A stretch of 64,000 nt of DNA, from contig OZ024741.1 in NCBI GenBank assembly GCA_964016885.1, positions 292,454,001 to 292,518,000 on the forward strand, read 5' to 3'. The notes under the pieces are model-generated. The model was not told the DNA's origin and did not search any database. It saw only the letters and a program-made list of their open reading frames with translations. This document shows positions 38,641 to 53,769 of the stretch, piece by piece. The translations under genes were made by a program, and so were the position numbers. Each line of letters begins with the position of its first letter. Within the stretch, counting starts at the first letter, position 1. The DNA comes from Eledone cirrhosa. Its lineage: Eukaryota.

Positions 38641-38725
38641 ATATATATATATATATGTATCGATATATATTGTTATACTTTGGGAGGGAAATTAAAAAAC
38701 AAAGTATCTGTACATACATACACAC

Positions 38726-41031
38726 ATCATCATCATCATCATCACCATTTCACGTCCGTTCTTCCCTGCTAGCATGGGTTAGACAGGTTGTCCTGTTGTG
38801 GGCAGTGTCTGGTCAGCTGACCATGCCTTGCTCATACAGGAACTGATTTTGTCTTGATTTCTACAGCTGGAAGCCCTTCCTAACACCAACCTCATTTACA
38901 GTGAGTGGTGGGTGCTTTTTATCCATGGTGCCTACACGTCCACTTTACAGTGTGGGCTGGGTGCATTTTTGCCGTGGTCCCTCCACGACCACTTTGCAGT
39001 GGGAGGGTGTGGGGAATATTGTCTATATGCTTCAGCTTGTACCCATGGGGGGTCGAGTACTCTGTATTACAGCGTGACGCCAGAGGTGACAGTCGTGTGT
39101 CATCGCCTTTGAGAGGTGTAATTGGGTAAGGTCGGCTTTTATCACCTCATTCCAGGTCTTCTTGGGTCTCCCCACTCCGCGGTTTCCATTGACTTCTAGT
39201 GCTCTGCACCTTTTTATGCAGCTGTCATCCTTCATATGCATCACATGTCCATACCAGCGCAACCGCCTTTCCTGCACACAGCATTTGATTCCTCTTATGC
39301 TCAGTCTCTCTCTCAATTCATTTATGCATTGCCGTTCACGTATATTACTATTACACATCCATCGGAGCATGCAGGCTTCGTTTATTTTTAATCTATGTAA
39401 GTCTTCCACCTTCAGTGCCCAGGTCTCACTACCATGTAACATTGCTGTTCGGATACACGAATCATACAGTCTGCCTTTGATTTTGAGGGAGAAGCCTTTT
39501 GCAGCTAGCAGTGGCAGTAGTTCCCTGAACGTCTTCCATCCCGTTCTTACCCTAGTTATTGTACTTTCTGAACACCCACCTCCGCTGCTAATTCGGTCAC
39601 CTAGGTAGCAAAAGCTGTCTACTGTTTCTACAGAGCCCTCCCAGAGATTGGTGGCACTTGTTTCCTGTGGCTGTTTGCTACATGCTGTCCCAGCACAGCT
39701 GCTACATGTGAAGCCTACATGCTTAATTAAGCTTCCTGAGATCCCGCTACATCTCTTGTGTACCCATTGTTTGCATTTGGGGCAGAGAATGGCGTTCCTA
39801 TCTACACCTTTCCTACATAGTGAGCAAGGCCATTTCCCTGAGGGGATCTGGGTTCTGTTTTCTCGTCTACTTACAAGGACCTTAGTCTTTGTCAGGTTGA
39901 CTTTGAGACCCTTTCTTTCTAGTCCCTGCTTCCAAGTTTGGAATTTCTTCTCTAGTCCTACCATAGATTCAGCTCTAAGTGCGAGGTCATCTGCATGCAG
40001 GAGTTCCCATGGGCATCCGGTCTTAAACTCCTCCGTTATTGGCTGCAGGACTATGATGAACAGGAGAGGGCTAAGAACAGAGCCCTGGTGGACACCAACC
40101 TGTCGCTAAATTCCTCGCTATACTCATTGCTAATCCTAACTTTGCTGACTGCTCCCCTATACATGGCTTGTACAGCTTTCACAAGCCATTCATCTACTCC
40201 TAGTTTTCTAAGAGCCCACCAGATTATAGCACGTTGAACTCTGTCAAAGGCTTTCTCGAGATCGACGAATGCCAGGTAGAGTGGCTTACTTTTAGCTAGG
40301 TACTTTTCCTGTAACTGCCTCACAAGGAAGAGGGCATCCGCGGTGTCTCCCAAATTGCATCTCATCTAGTTTCACCTGGTCCCTAATCAACTGTGCTATA
40401 ACTCTTTTTGTAACTTTCATGACCTGGTCCATCAGCTTTATACCTCTATAGTTTCCTCTATCTAGTGCATGACCTTTACCTTTGTAGCAGTTGACAATGA
40501 TGCTACTGCACCAAACTTTTGGTATGACACCTAGTATTACCTGGTTAACAATACGTGTGGTTGTAGTGTGACCTACAGACCCAGATGCCTTCCACATCTC
40601 GGCAGCTATACTCGATCAACCGGCTGCCTTCCCCATCTTCATAATTTTGATTGCCTTTCTTACTAAGCTGCTGCTGACTTGTACTGCTGGCCCCTCTATA
40701 GGGTCTACTTGGGGTAGGGTCTCTTCTTCCCATGCATTCTCCTCATTTAGTAATCTATCATAATGGTTCTTCCACGCATCTTTCTTCTCAGCACTTGTGA
40801 GGGCAAGCTCACCTTTATCATTCCAGATACACTTCTCTCCAATGACATCACAATTCTCTCTGACACACTGCCTCGCAATCTTGAACACCTCCTGTTTCTG
40901 GTACTCACGTTGCAAAACATGTTTGAATTTTCTATCTTCTGCTTCCCTCCTAGCTAAGTATACTTGTTGCCTAGCTTCCCTCTTGGTCTCTATGTAATGT
41001 ACCCTGCTTCCCCCGTTCTTCCATTCTTTAC
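38726..41031 (-). mobile_element. 5'-truncated, frameshifted RTE-clade LINE
   Basis: NYRGIKLMDQVMKV; [12 protein letters not shown]; WPCSLC..CPKC..HKRC; VDSFCYLG; RRLRWYGHV; 3' UTR and (ATG)n tail. Confidence 0.93.
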
Positions 41032-41068
<37 letters not shown>

Positions 41069-41089
41069 TGTGTGCATTTAAATATAATA

Positions 41090-42116
41090 TATCATCATCA
41101 TCATCATCATCATCAACGTTTAACGTTGCATGGGTTTGGACGGGGTATTTCCCACTTGAGGCAAGAGTGATTGTCTTGCTCGCATAGGACTGTCTGGCGG
41201 GTTTTCTACAGCTGGATGCCCTTCCTAACACCAACCACATTTACAGTGTGGGGCTGGGAGGTTTTTACTGTGTTGCCTACTCGGCCACATTACAGCGTGG
41301 ACTGTCTCGCGGGTTTTCTACAACTGGATGCCCTTCCTAACACCAACCACATTTACAGTGTGGGGCTGGGAGGTTTTTACCGTGTTGCCTACACGGCCAC
41401 ATTACAGCGTGGACTGTGTGTTTTTTTGTCGTGACACCTACACGATCTCATTTGTTTCAGCCTGGATGTTGTGGCACCAACATAACTTTACATTGTAGGG
41501 GCGGTGTGGATGGGGTGGGGGTGGTGGGACGGGGGTGTATTTTGTTAGAGATGCCTACTGAATGTAGTAGGTTTTACTTTGTATTTAGGTAAGGCGGGTC
41601 TTCTCTATTACTGAGTACCGCCAAAGGTCTCGGTCCAGTGACATTGTCTTGGAGAGGTGTAAGTGTGTGAGGTCGGAATTTATCAGCTCATCCCAGGTTT
41701 TTCTGGGTCTGCCTACTCCGTGGCTACCGTCTATCTTTATTGCCCTGCACTTTGTTATACAGCTATCGTCTTTCATGCGCATCACGTGACTATACCAACG
41801 TAGCCTTCTCTCGAGTAAACAACATCTGATCCCTCTTATTTCTAATTTTTTTTTCCTTAGTTCGTTTATGCTTTGCCGTTCACGTATATTACTATTACAC
41901 ATCCAGCGGAGCATGCAAGCTTCGTTCCTCTCTAGTCTGCGTATATCCTCTGCACACAATGCCCAGGTCTCACTGCCATGCAACATTGCTGTTCGTATGC
42001 AGGCATCATACAACCTGCCTTTCATTTTTAGGGAGAACCCTTTAGCAGCTAATAGTGGTATAAGCTCTCTGAACTTTTTCCATCCAGTTCTGACTCTAGC
42101 TACTGTACTTTCAGAT
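41090..42116 (-). mobile_element. Young 5'-truncated RTE copy, same subfamily as 56523-58838
   Basis: The protein from ORF 41585-42160 is almost identical to the C-terminus of ORF 56487-58337; same 3' UTR with internal duplication. Confidence 0.93.
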
Positions 42117-42218
42117 ACATTTATATATATATACATATATATATATACACACGTGTGCATTTAAATATTATATACATATATATATATTTCTAGTATTGTA
42201 TACTTGTGTATATTCACA

Positions 42219-42258
<40 letters not shown>

Positions 42259-43061
42259 TAATGTATAACAATTTTTGAATTAAAGGCTTTATAGGTCCAA
42301 TGGGTAAATTGTCTGCTGTTTTTTTTTTATGTATTTTCATTGAAAATTGTGAGATGTAATCATTTATATATGGCATGTGTGTGTATACATACACATACAC
42401 ACACTCATAATGATACTGCATACTGCAGCAACATGTATGCTGTATGAGTTGGCAAGATTTTCATTACCTATGGCTAGAAACCAGCTAAGCATGATGGGTT
42501 AGGTAAGGCGGCTTCTCCAAATAAACCCCACTGCTTTGTTAAGCATTTATTGCAGATGAGAAGGTTATAGGTATAAACTTCAATAGCACCTGAAGTGGTT
42601 AAATAACATGGAATTGGTGCCAACACTGTTGCTCTACTTTTCATTTGGCTAATTTAATGGTAACTTCTGAAACATTTTGGCACCTCTTAATCATGGTACA
42701 TGTTGTCCAAGATTTCATTCTTTCAATGGGCATATTATAATATATAGGTTTGTGTGTGTGTGTGTATAAGCAAATGAATATGTATATGTGCATATATTGT
42801 ATATATATATATATATAGTTTTTTTTGTTTTTTGCTGGCAGTTTTACAGAAATCGTTGTGCATGCAGAAATTAGTATACAAATATTGATATACTTAAAAA
42901 GTATATTCTTCCGTGTATATATATGCACACAAAGAAACAAATGCAGCTATTTACATGCAAATGCATGTGCAGACATGCCTAAACACATTCCTATACACAC
43001 ACTGGTGTATAAACATACATACAGATACACCCACACACATATATACATGCACAAGCACGGG

Positions 43062-43153
<92 letters not shown>

Positions 43154-43975
43154 TAGACAGGTACAGGTGTGTTTATATATATATATATATATAAATATAT
43201 GCACAGACACACACATTCATATAGAAACATTGTGAGATTAATGGATATTGATGGAAGAGAAATATTAATTATTTGGTAAAAAAACGAAATTTTTCATTAA
43301 CTTTAATGAGAATTGAAAGAAAAGTGAGACATAATTAGCTTTGTTTTGACAACATTTATAGTGTTCTGATGAGGTGATATGGCAGAGTGGATAGGGTACT
43401 GAAATGTCTCACATTAGGTCATTAGATCAAATCACTCACTCTGATATATATGCATGACAGAAATAGATGACAAATTAAAATCATTATTCATCATCATCAT
43501 TTTATGTCTGTTGTTCCGTGCTTACATGGGTTGGATGGGTTCTTCTCAGTACAACATTTTTCCTCTTGTTGCATTCCTTTGTCATCTCCTCCATGAGCTT
43601 TAGCAATGTAAGATCAGCTCTCACCACTTCTTTGGTCTTCCTCTACTGCAGCATCCTATTAAATGCCTTACAGTATTTGTTCTGGCTCTGTGCGCTATGA
43701 GTTGAAATTCCATTGAGGTCAAATTTACTTTCCATCCTTTCAAGAATAAAATACTGGTCGCTGGTGGTGGTGAAAAGAAGTTTGGACTAGACAGTATGTC
43801 ATAGTTGTTCTGACAATCCGTGCCCTGAATTTAAATCCCACCGAGTTCAACTTTGATAAAGTACCAGCCCAGAGCTGTGACAGTATGCCTTGTAGTATCT
43901 AATCAGTTCTGGCTCACTGTGCTTTCAGTTCATATATGGTCAGTATTGCACTGTATTTTGTGCTATTATTATATC

Positions 43976-44108
43976 TAGCTGTTGAAACGGCTGGAGCTCA
44001 GCCGTCGGGGTCCTGACTCTTTTTCTATTACCCACTCTACTACCCTAAGTATCGAGTACTCTGGTGCATTATGGTCCACCTGGTTCCTTACCACACATTC
44101 TTTGTTAT
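43976..44108 (+). mobile_element. Family H4 element starting just before a hammerhead 3' half
   Basis: TAGCTGTT-GAAA-CGGCT-GGAGCTC-AGCCG-TC-GGGGTCC...; reverse complement of 53770-53899. Confidence 0.75.
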
Positions 44109-44115
44109 ATATATA

Positions 44116-44333
44116 TATTTCTTTAAAATGGTGTTTTTCTCAGAAAAAGTTTTTCAGTTTCTTCTTCTCACTTTCTATCTTTCCATTTATTTTTTATTTT
44201 TCATTCTATCTGCTGATGAGAGAGTATTTGCCGAAACGTTAAAACTCTGTTCCTGCTATGTAAAGAGATAAACTAATATGTTTCTTCATTGTACTGTGTC
44301 ATCTGCTTTGTTATTTCTGTTTACTTTTTACTC
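44116..44333 (+). mobile_element. Family H3 HHR-bearing pLTR-like element, diverged
   Basis: CTGATGA (44213)...GAAA-CG-TT (44233-44240); stems poorly paired; homologous to 13168-13398. Confidence 0.6.
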
Positions 44334-45402
44334 ACACACACATACAAACACATACACACACATAGAAACACACACACACACACACACATATATTTATATA
44401 TATATATAACTTTTTTTTATCTCAGCGATGTATATACATTTTTGTCCTATAGCCTGTAGTTTGTCCATTATTTCATATACTGAATACTGCAGCATTACAT
44501 AACATAATTAATATCAAAAACATTGGAACATGAAAAGTAAATTAACATCTTACTCTGCTAGTAATCATTTTATAAAACAAAAAAAAAATGATATCTTTAC
44601 TTAAGTAGATTCTCAGGTAACAGTGTGAACACTAACACTAAAAAATCAAGCAATGAAATCTGACATTATCAGGGCCCCTATATATATATATATAATTTTT
44701 TTTTTGTATTTTAGTTATATTTCTAAGTGGAAATGGTTGTGGGTGGTAGGGAAATGATAAGGAATGCAAAATAAAAATAAATAAATAAATAAAAAGGAGA
44801 GGAGCTAGCTCACTTGATGTTAATTACGTCATTCTTAATGTGGCACTAATGAACCAGTCATTTATCTATCATCATGTTGTTGTGTGGTGCACTGAATTTT
44901 GCAGCCTTCACACCCACCAACCCACCCCCGGTTTTTGGGGGGGAGGTAGGGTAAGTATTTCCCTCTAAATGCTGTGGTCCATCAGACAGTCTTTCACATT
45001 ATTTTGGTTTCTTTAATCTCTGTTCATTTCCTCTTTTTATGGAATTATTGCATCATTTGATGTATTTACATGTCACTTTATCAGAAATTACATTTAGTTT
45101 ATTGTTGTTGTTATTATTATTATTATTATTATTGTTATTTATATTTGCAGTTATTTCCACGTTCAATGGAGAAGTGTACCTTCCATTATATATTAATGGA
45201 AGTTACACATGTAGATGCATATGTACACACAAACAAACACATAATATGCACAAAAACCCATATACATACACCTAAGGGACCAATTAATTTTTTTTGTGTG
45301 TTGCTAGATGAATAGCAATCTACTTTTAAATACTCTCTCTCACGTATATATATATATACATATGTATCAATATATATATTTGTGTGTATATATATACACA
45401 CA

Positions 45403-45512
<110 letters not shown>

Positions 45513-45713
45513 TGTATACATTTATATGAATGTGTGTTTATGTATATAAACGCACACACACACACATGTGTATATCAAATTGTGTGGTGGAAACACCAAT
45601 ATTATTTTTTTAGTTTCAATATGTAAAACCACCAAAGCAAGTAAAAATTTAAATAATACTAAACTCAAACATAAACAAAACAAAACAAACAAACAAATAA
45701 ATGAAATATAACT

Positions 45714-45760
<47 letters not shown>

Positions 45761-45823
45761 CCATCCATACTAACACACATATATATATATATACACACAC
45801 CAACACACAGATATTTATGTGTG

Positions 45824-45861
<38 letters not shown>

Positions 45862-46879
45862 CACACAAATATATATATATATGCATACACATCCATATAT
45901 ATCAACAGTCTCCTTAAAAGAAGATACTGTGTGTTCATGTGTGCACTCATTATATCATTTTTCATTCTCGGGTATGAGGAGAAGGTGGTGGTGAGAAAAA
46001 AACCCATTTTCCTAAGCGTTTGCCTCCTATTTGTTTTTATATTGGATCTCATTTTATTATCATTTACCTATCCAACCCAACTCTTTCCACAAACTCCTGT
46101 CCTATCGTTAAATCTGTACCGATTCTCCTCTTGAGAATGTTTTTTTTCATTGCATTCTCATTTTCTCAATGCCCCCCACGTCTTTCTCTTTTTTTTATGT
46201 AAGAACACATAAGCATAATCAAACTTCTTTTGAATTGAGGATAGTTTACTGTTAACTTTCCTGGTAATTTATTTTTTTATGAAGGAGTAGGAGGAAGGGG
46301 GTCTTTTGCATTTATTCTGAAGGATTGTTTACATATATATTATACTTTATTAGATCACTCTGTTCATATAGTGAGTTTTGTTTCTTCCGCTTATGCAACC
46401 AAATTTATATGCTTGTGTGTACATTATCATCATAATTATTTTACATCCATTTTCTATGCTGGCATGGGGCACAAAAGCCATTACCATCTAGGCATGTTGG
46501 GGAACGACGCATCTTGTTCATATGTTCTATACATTTGATATGATTTGTATTACTTGATACCCTTACTAACACCAACTATTTTATAGTGAATTTTACCATG
46601 GTACCATCACAAGAGTGTCATGTTCTTGACCAGATTGACAAGTCCTCTACAACCTACATTATCTCTGCTCATTTTATGACCACTTTACAGAGTGTATTGG
46701 GTGTATTTTGTAGTGTCACCAGCAATATGAGGTGATTTTGTGCCCAGCAAAAAATAAATGTCCTCACTATACAGTGTCTCTGTTCATTCAAAGCAATGCG
46801 ACCAAAAGGGGGAATACAATAGAGGATGGTGATAGAACAAGAGTGAAGGGAGCTTTAATATGATGGACAAAATGTTTTG

Positions 46880-47230
46880 CAGTATTTGTTCTGGATTTTT
46901 ACATTTTGATTTCAAATCCCACCAATTTTATTATCCTTTTGGGGACAATATAATATAGACCCAATCAAGTATTGGGGTTGATTTAATTGACTTTCTCCTG
47001 GCCCCCATCTGCTGGCCTTGTGGATAAATTAGAAACCATCAATATTATTATTATTAACAGCCCTTTATATTCTGAGTTCAAATCCCTCTGAGGTTAGCTT
47101 TGCCTTTCATCCTTATAGGGTTGATGAATAAAGCACCAGTAATGCACTGAGGTTGATTTGATCGATTTTCCCTTCCCCCCACTAAATTGCTGGCCTTGTG
47201 CCAAAAGTAGAAACAATTATTATTATTATT
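46880..47230 (+). mobile_element. Two Meta/MESC-like SINE copies
   Basis: GAGTTCAAATCC, GCCTTTCATCCTTA, GCTGGCCTTGTG...TAGAAAC. Confidence 0.75.
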
Positions 47231-48934
47231 ATAAAGAGTTTAAGCTAGGGAACTGAATGCAAATCATGAATCATTTCAAAGAGGAAGAGCAGGAGAGAAA
47301 AAAGTGAGTTGAGGGATGATGGTGGAGTTAGACATAATGATTCCTGCTTTAAGCTGAAGAGTCTGGCTAAAATACATAAAGAGAGGTAAATAGTTAAGTT
47401 AATTACTTGTTGATTAGCTAGCTGGACACCAGGCAAAGAGAGGAGGAGGAGGAGATCTTTTGTTTAAAGTGTGAATAAGTAAGCTTATTTCAAACTACAT
47501 AACCCAGCATACTCACTGCTCTACAACATTCACCTTCCTATTTCCACCCACCTGCTTAGCTGCCTTCACATTTCCATCCCTAGCCCTCTCTGCCTATCCG
47601 CTTACATCCACCTATACACCAACTTTTCCCTACCTATACCCCAACTTCCAACACTCCATCCTTTTACAACTCTCCACCACCCCACCCCACCCACACTCTT
47701 AAACTTTGCAACCACCCACTTACAGCTCTATAGCCTCCACCTACCCATTTACATCTCTCCAACTACCCACTCACTTAGAGCTCTCCAACCACCCAACAAT
47801 TTATCATCCCCACCTATCTATTTACCTATTTCCATAACCCACCTATCTCCAAATAATCCCCTTCCCCTACTACCCATATCCCTAACTACCTGCCCAATAA
47901 CATTAAGGCTCCAGGCAATTCTGGCATTCATTAGTTGTAATATAAGACCAGAGGGAGTCACCACAGATGAAACAAAAGCCACAGTTATATAAGCCAAATG
48001 CCAAATTTCATTATTGAGAGCTTTAGTGCTTTAGAAATGAAAGAGATTATTGGTTTGTGATTTAGGGGACGAAATAATGAACACTTTTTTTGGCTTCCAA
48101 ATTTTTCTGTTAAATTGTTATTGTTATTGTGTATGTTAGTGTATGTCTGTGAGTGTGTATGTTTGTATATTGTGTGTGTTTGTGTGTATTTGTATATGTC
48201 TGTGTGTTTGTGTGTGTCCGTGTGTGTTTGTGTGTGTCCGTGTGTGTTTGCGTGTGTCTGTGTGTGTTTGTGTGTGTCTGCGTGTGTCTGCATATGTCTG
48301 CGTATGTCTGCGTGTGTTTGTGTCTGTCTGCGTGTGTTTGCATATGTCTGCGTGTGTTTGTGTATGTATGTGTGTGTGTGTTTGTACACTCTTTTTGTTT
48401 CATTATAACTGTCACATTTTAAATTTTCAAAAACATGTATGCATATGTGTGTACTCATGCTTGCATGTTTATGATCATATCTGGATGTGTTTGTGTGTGT
48501 ATGTGCATTACTGTGTTTGTTTGTATGTATATATGATATGTATGTGTATGTTTGAATGTATTTATATATATGTACGTGTGTGTGTGTACAATCATGACTG
48601 TGTATGTATGTGCTGTATATATGTGTGTTTGTATGTGCATATGTATGTGTGTTTGAATGTGCTAATATATATGTATGTGCATGTGTTCACATGTATTTAC
48701 ATGTGTGTATGCATTTGTGTGTGTGTGTGTGTGCATCTTAATTTTGTCTTCATTAAAATTCTGCAAAGAAAAATGTTAAAACCCAGTGTCACTTAAACAA
48801 TAGTGTGTGTGCATTTGTGTGGTTGTACATGGATGTGTGTGTATTCATGTGATTGTGTATTACTGTGTGTGTGTGTGAGCATGAGAGATTATTGAGTGCA
48901 ATAGAATCTAATGGCATTTCACCTTCAGTTTTAT

Positions 48935-50050
48935 CATCACCACCACCAACTGCCGCCACCTTCTTTCTTGTCCTTATTACTATCCACCAACTGAAACCAC
49001 CAGCGCCAACACCCTTCACCACAACCACCACTGCCATCACCCCCAATTACCACTACTGCCAACCACCACCGCCACCGCTAACTACCACCGCCACCGCTAA
49101 CTACCACCACCACTGCCAACTACCACCACCACCACCAGTCACCAAAACCACCACCAACCACCGCCACCACCACCAACTACCACCACTACTGCCAACGCCA
49201 ACTACCACCACCACTGCCAACCACCGCCAACCACCACCACTGCTAACCACTGCCAACAACCACCACCGCCAACCACCACCACCGCCAACCACCACCACTG
49301 CCAACCACCACCGCCACCGCTAACTACCACCGCCACCGCTAACTACCACCACCACTGCCAACTACCACCACCACCACCAGTCACCAAAACCACCACCAAC
49401 CACTGCCACCACCACCAACTACCACCACTACTGTCAACGCCAACTACCACCACCACTGCCAACCACCGCTAACCACCACCACTGCCAACCACTGCCAACA
49501 ACCACCACCGCCAACAACCACCACCGCCAACCACCACCACCGCCAACCACCACCACTGCCAACCACCACCACCACCAACCAGCACCACCGCCAACCACCA
49601 CCACTGCCAACCACCACCACCACCACCAACTACCACCACTACTGCCAACGCCAACTACCACCACTACTGCCAACCACCACCACTTCTAACCACCACCATT
49701 GCCAACCACCGCCAACCACCACCACTGCCAACCACTGCCAACAACCACCACCACCAACCACCACCACCGCCAACCAGCACCACTGCCAACCACCACCTCC
49801 ACCGCCAACCACCACCACCACCAACCAGCACCACTGCCAACCACCACCTCCACCGCCAACCAGCACCACCGCCAGCTACCATCAACAACCACCACCACCA
49901 ACCACCACCACCGCCAACCAGCACCACTGCCAACCACCACCTCCACCGCCAACCAGCACCACCGCCAACTACCATCAACAACCACCACCACCAACCACCA
50001 CCACCGCCAACCAGCACCACCGCCAACAACCACCACCACTGCCACTGCAG
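48935..50050. repeat. (CCA)n-derived low-complexity tract with internal block duplications
   Basis: ACC/GCC/AAC repeats; the block near 49073-49310 is partly repeated from 49312. Confidence 0.92.
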
Positions 50051-50404
50051 TAATTTAATATATGTTGGTCACTATAACATTTCAACTAAAGAATTGTCTT
50101 CTGTGATGACCCAATAAATAGCAGTGAAGCCACAGACCACACAATTTGGTATAGATGTACTTCTGTATATAAAATATCTAGTTTCACAATGTCAGTATGT
50201 ATGTATGTAGAAAGGCACATAGTAGATAGATATATAGATAAGTAGAAAGCTATATAGGCAGGATTTTTTTCCTTTTGTTGCCATTTATTTTGTTTTTGTT
50301 ATTGCCTTATTATAGTTGTCATTATTATATTATTATTATTATTATTATTGTTACATTAATAAACATATTTTAGTTGTCATAAAAAAAGTAGATATCTATC
50401 TATT

Positions 50405-50450
<46 letters not shown>

Positions 50451-50528
50451 ATGTGAGTGTATGTGTTTATATGTGTATGTATATGTGTATGTGTGTATAT
50501 ATATATGTGCATGTGTGTGTCTATATAC

Positions 50529-50559
<31 letters not shown>

Positions 50560-50957
50560 TGCACATATATATTTACACACATACACATATACATACACAT
50601 ATATGTATATATATATATGTGCGTGTGTGTGTATATAATGTAGATAGATATAGTTAGAGATAGAGGGATAAAGGAATGGATAAATAACTAAGTAGATAGC
50701 TAAATAAATTAAATAAATAAATGCTGAAACAATACAATAAAGGTCATTGTGAAGAAGAATTACTATTAGTGGAAATTTCATTGAGTCGAGCCAATAAGTT
50801 AGAATCGGAAGACATATTGATTTTTTACAAAATCCATCAGGTTGTGTTACAATATCTACATTAATAGTAGGTAATAATGGTTGTAACAATAGTAACAAAA
50901 ACATCAACAATGACAGTAACAGTAACAAGACTGATAAAAACAATATTCTCAGACAAT

Positions 50958-51562
50958 AATGGTTTCTGATTAAGGCTCAAGCCAAACAATTTCGGTGGTT
51001 GGGGTGAAGGGAAAGTCAATTAAATCAAGCCCAGGGCATTACTGATGCTTTATTCTATCAATCCCATAAGGATGAAAGGCAAAGCTAATGTCAGTGGGTT
51101 TTGAACTCAGAACGTAGAGGGCTATAATATAATATATAATGGTTTCAACATTTGGCACAAGGCCAGCAATTTGAAGGAAGGGGAAAGTCAATTAAATTGA
51201 ACCCAGAACGTGGCTGGTACTTTATTTATCAAACCTGTAAAGATGAAAGGCAAAGCTAACCTTGGCAGGATTTGAACCCAGAACGTAAAGGACCGTAACA
51301 CTGTTCTACAAAGCATGATGCCCAATGCTCTACCGCTTCTACCAGTCAAATGGTTTCTGATTTAGGCACAAGTTTAACAATTTCGAAGAAGGGGAAAGTC
51401 GATTAAATTGACCCCAGTTTGTTACTGGTATGTTATTTAATCAACTCCATAAGGACGAAAGGCAAAGCTAATGTTGGTGGGATTTGAACTCAGAACAAAA
51501 AAGGCTGTAACTATATGACGCAAAGCTTTTCTGATGCTCAACCAGTACTGCTAATCCACCAC
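50958..51562 (-). mobile_element. Three tandem Meta/MESC-like SINEs; a fourth at 53058-53270
   Basis: Three occurrences of GGTTTC...GGGAAAGTC.ATTAAAT...GAAAGGCAAAGCTAA...TTTGAAC.CAGAAC. Confidence 0.8.
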
Positions 51563-51689
51563 TCTAATATCATCAGACCATAACATCCACAACAATAAAA
51601 ATATCTACATTAACAACTACAACAATAAAAAAACAACAACAGTTGTAACTCTAATAAAAACGTCAACATCAATAACATCAATAACAATG

Positions 51690-52950
51690 ATAACACCAGT
51701 ACTAACACCAGTACTAACACCAGTACTAACAACAGTACTAACACCAGTACTAACACCAGTACTAACACCAGCACTAACACCAGCACTAACACCAGTACTA
51801 ACACCAGTACTAACACCAGCACTAACACCAGTACTAACACCAGTACTAACAACAGTACTAACACCAGTACTAACACCAGTACTAACACCAGTACTAACAC
51901 CAGTACTAACACCAGTACTAACACCAGCACTAACACCAGTACTAACACCAGTACTAACACCAGTACTAACACCAGTACTACCACCAGTACTAACACCAGC
52001 GCTAACAACAGTACTAACACCAGTACTAACACCAGTACTAACACCAGTACTAACACCAGTACTAACACCAGTACTAACACCAGTACTAACACCAGTACTA
52101 ACACCAGCACTAACACCAGTACTAACACCAGTACTAACACCAGTACTAACACCAGTACTACCACCAGTACTAACACCAGTACTAACACCAGTACTAACAC
52201 CAGTACTAACACCAGTACTAACACCAGCACTAACACCAGTACTAACACCAGTACTAACACCAGCACTAACACCAGTACTAACACCAGTACTAACACCAGT
52301 ACTAACACCAGTACTAACACCAGTACTAACACCAGTACTAACACCAGTACTAACACCAGTACTAACACCAGCACTAACACCAGTACTAACACCAGTACTA
52401 ACACCAGTACTAACACCAGTACTAACACCAGTACTAACACCAGTACTAACACCAGTACTAACAACAGTACTAACACCAGTACTAACACCAGTACTAACAC
52501 CAGCACTAACACCAGCACTAACACCAGTACTAACACCAGCACTAACACCAGTACTAACACCAGTACTAACACCAGCACTAACACCAGTACTAACACCAGT
52601 ACTAACACCAGCACTAACACCAGTACTAACACCAGTACTAACACCAGCACTAACACCAGCGCTAACAACAGTACTAACACCAGTACTAACACCAGTACTA
52701 ACACCAGTACTAACACCAGCACTAACACCAGTACTAACACCAGTACTAACACCAGTACTAACACCAGCACTAACACCAGTACTAACACCAGTACTAACAC
52801 CAGTACTAACACCAGCACTAACACCAGTACTAACACCAGTACTAACACCAGTACTAACACCAGTACTAACACCAGCACTAACACCAATACTAACACCAGT
52901 ACTAACACCAGCACTAACACCAGTACTAACACCAGCGCTAACAACAGTAA
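51690..52950. repeat. 12-bp minisatellite (TAACACCAGTAC)n, about 105 copies
   Basis: Highly homogeneous, with a few recurrent variants (CAGCAC, AACAAC, TACCAC). Confidence 0.98.
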
Positions 52951-53440
52951 CATCAGCCCTAATAAGATAAATCAAAACAATAGTAGCGTTAATAAAAGCA
53001 ACACCCCAACAACAACTGCTGCAGTAACAAAAATAGCAATAACAACAATAATACAAATAATTGTTTCTGATTTAGGCACAAGGGCAACCATTTTGGGTAT
53101 GGGAAAGTCGATTAAATTGATCCCAGTCTATTACTGGTACTTTATTTTATTGAGCATTATTTTATTGATCATTAGCAAAGCTAATCTTGGTGGGATTTGA
53201 ACTCAGAATATAAAAGGCCATAACTCTAACCCACAAAGCATGTTGTCGGACAATCTACTGATTCTACCAATAGAAATGACAATAAAAAAAACATAATACA
53301 GTACAGTAGAAATAACATAAACATACATACACATGCACACACATACATGCATATATAGACACACACATACATAAATACATATATACATGCCATACATATA
53401 TACATGTCATTCATATATACATGTATACATACAATGTGAT

Positions 53441-53750
53441 GTGCTTGGCTTAGTGATTAGGGTGTTAAGCTGACAATTAAAGGTCATAGGTTTGATTCCC
53501 AGGAGTATGTTATGTTTTTGAGAAAGATACATTGCTCCAGTCCTATCAAGTGACAAAAATATGTTCTACCCATAATTCGGAGAATCAGCATTGTCACTCA
53601 TATTGCAACATTAATCTCCCTGAGAAATATGTTAAGTGTGGATGTGTCTGTGGAATCCATAGCCACTTGCATGTTAATTTCAACAGCTGGCTGTTCTGTT
53701 GTTAAAACAACTGAAACACTTATCAATGGAACTGATGGAAGTCCAATGAA
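53441..53750 (+). mobile_element. Diverged tRNA/CORE-like SINE
   Basis: TGGCTTAGTGA A box; GGTTTGATTCC B box; CATTGCTCCAGT; 3' domain GCCACTTGCATGTTAATTTC also present reversed at ~15350. Confidence 0.6.
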
Positions 53751-53769
53751 TATATATCTATATATATAT

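Noticed and set aside
48853-50058. Proline/threonine-rich mucin-like ORFs (also 61994-62446)
   Set aside because: (CCA)n-type low complexity, open in many frames, no supporting gene structure
51610-53056. 430-480-aa ORFs (VLVL, GVST, TPVL repeats)
   Set aside because: Products of a 12-bp tandem repeat; no unique coding flanks
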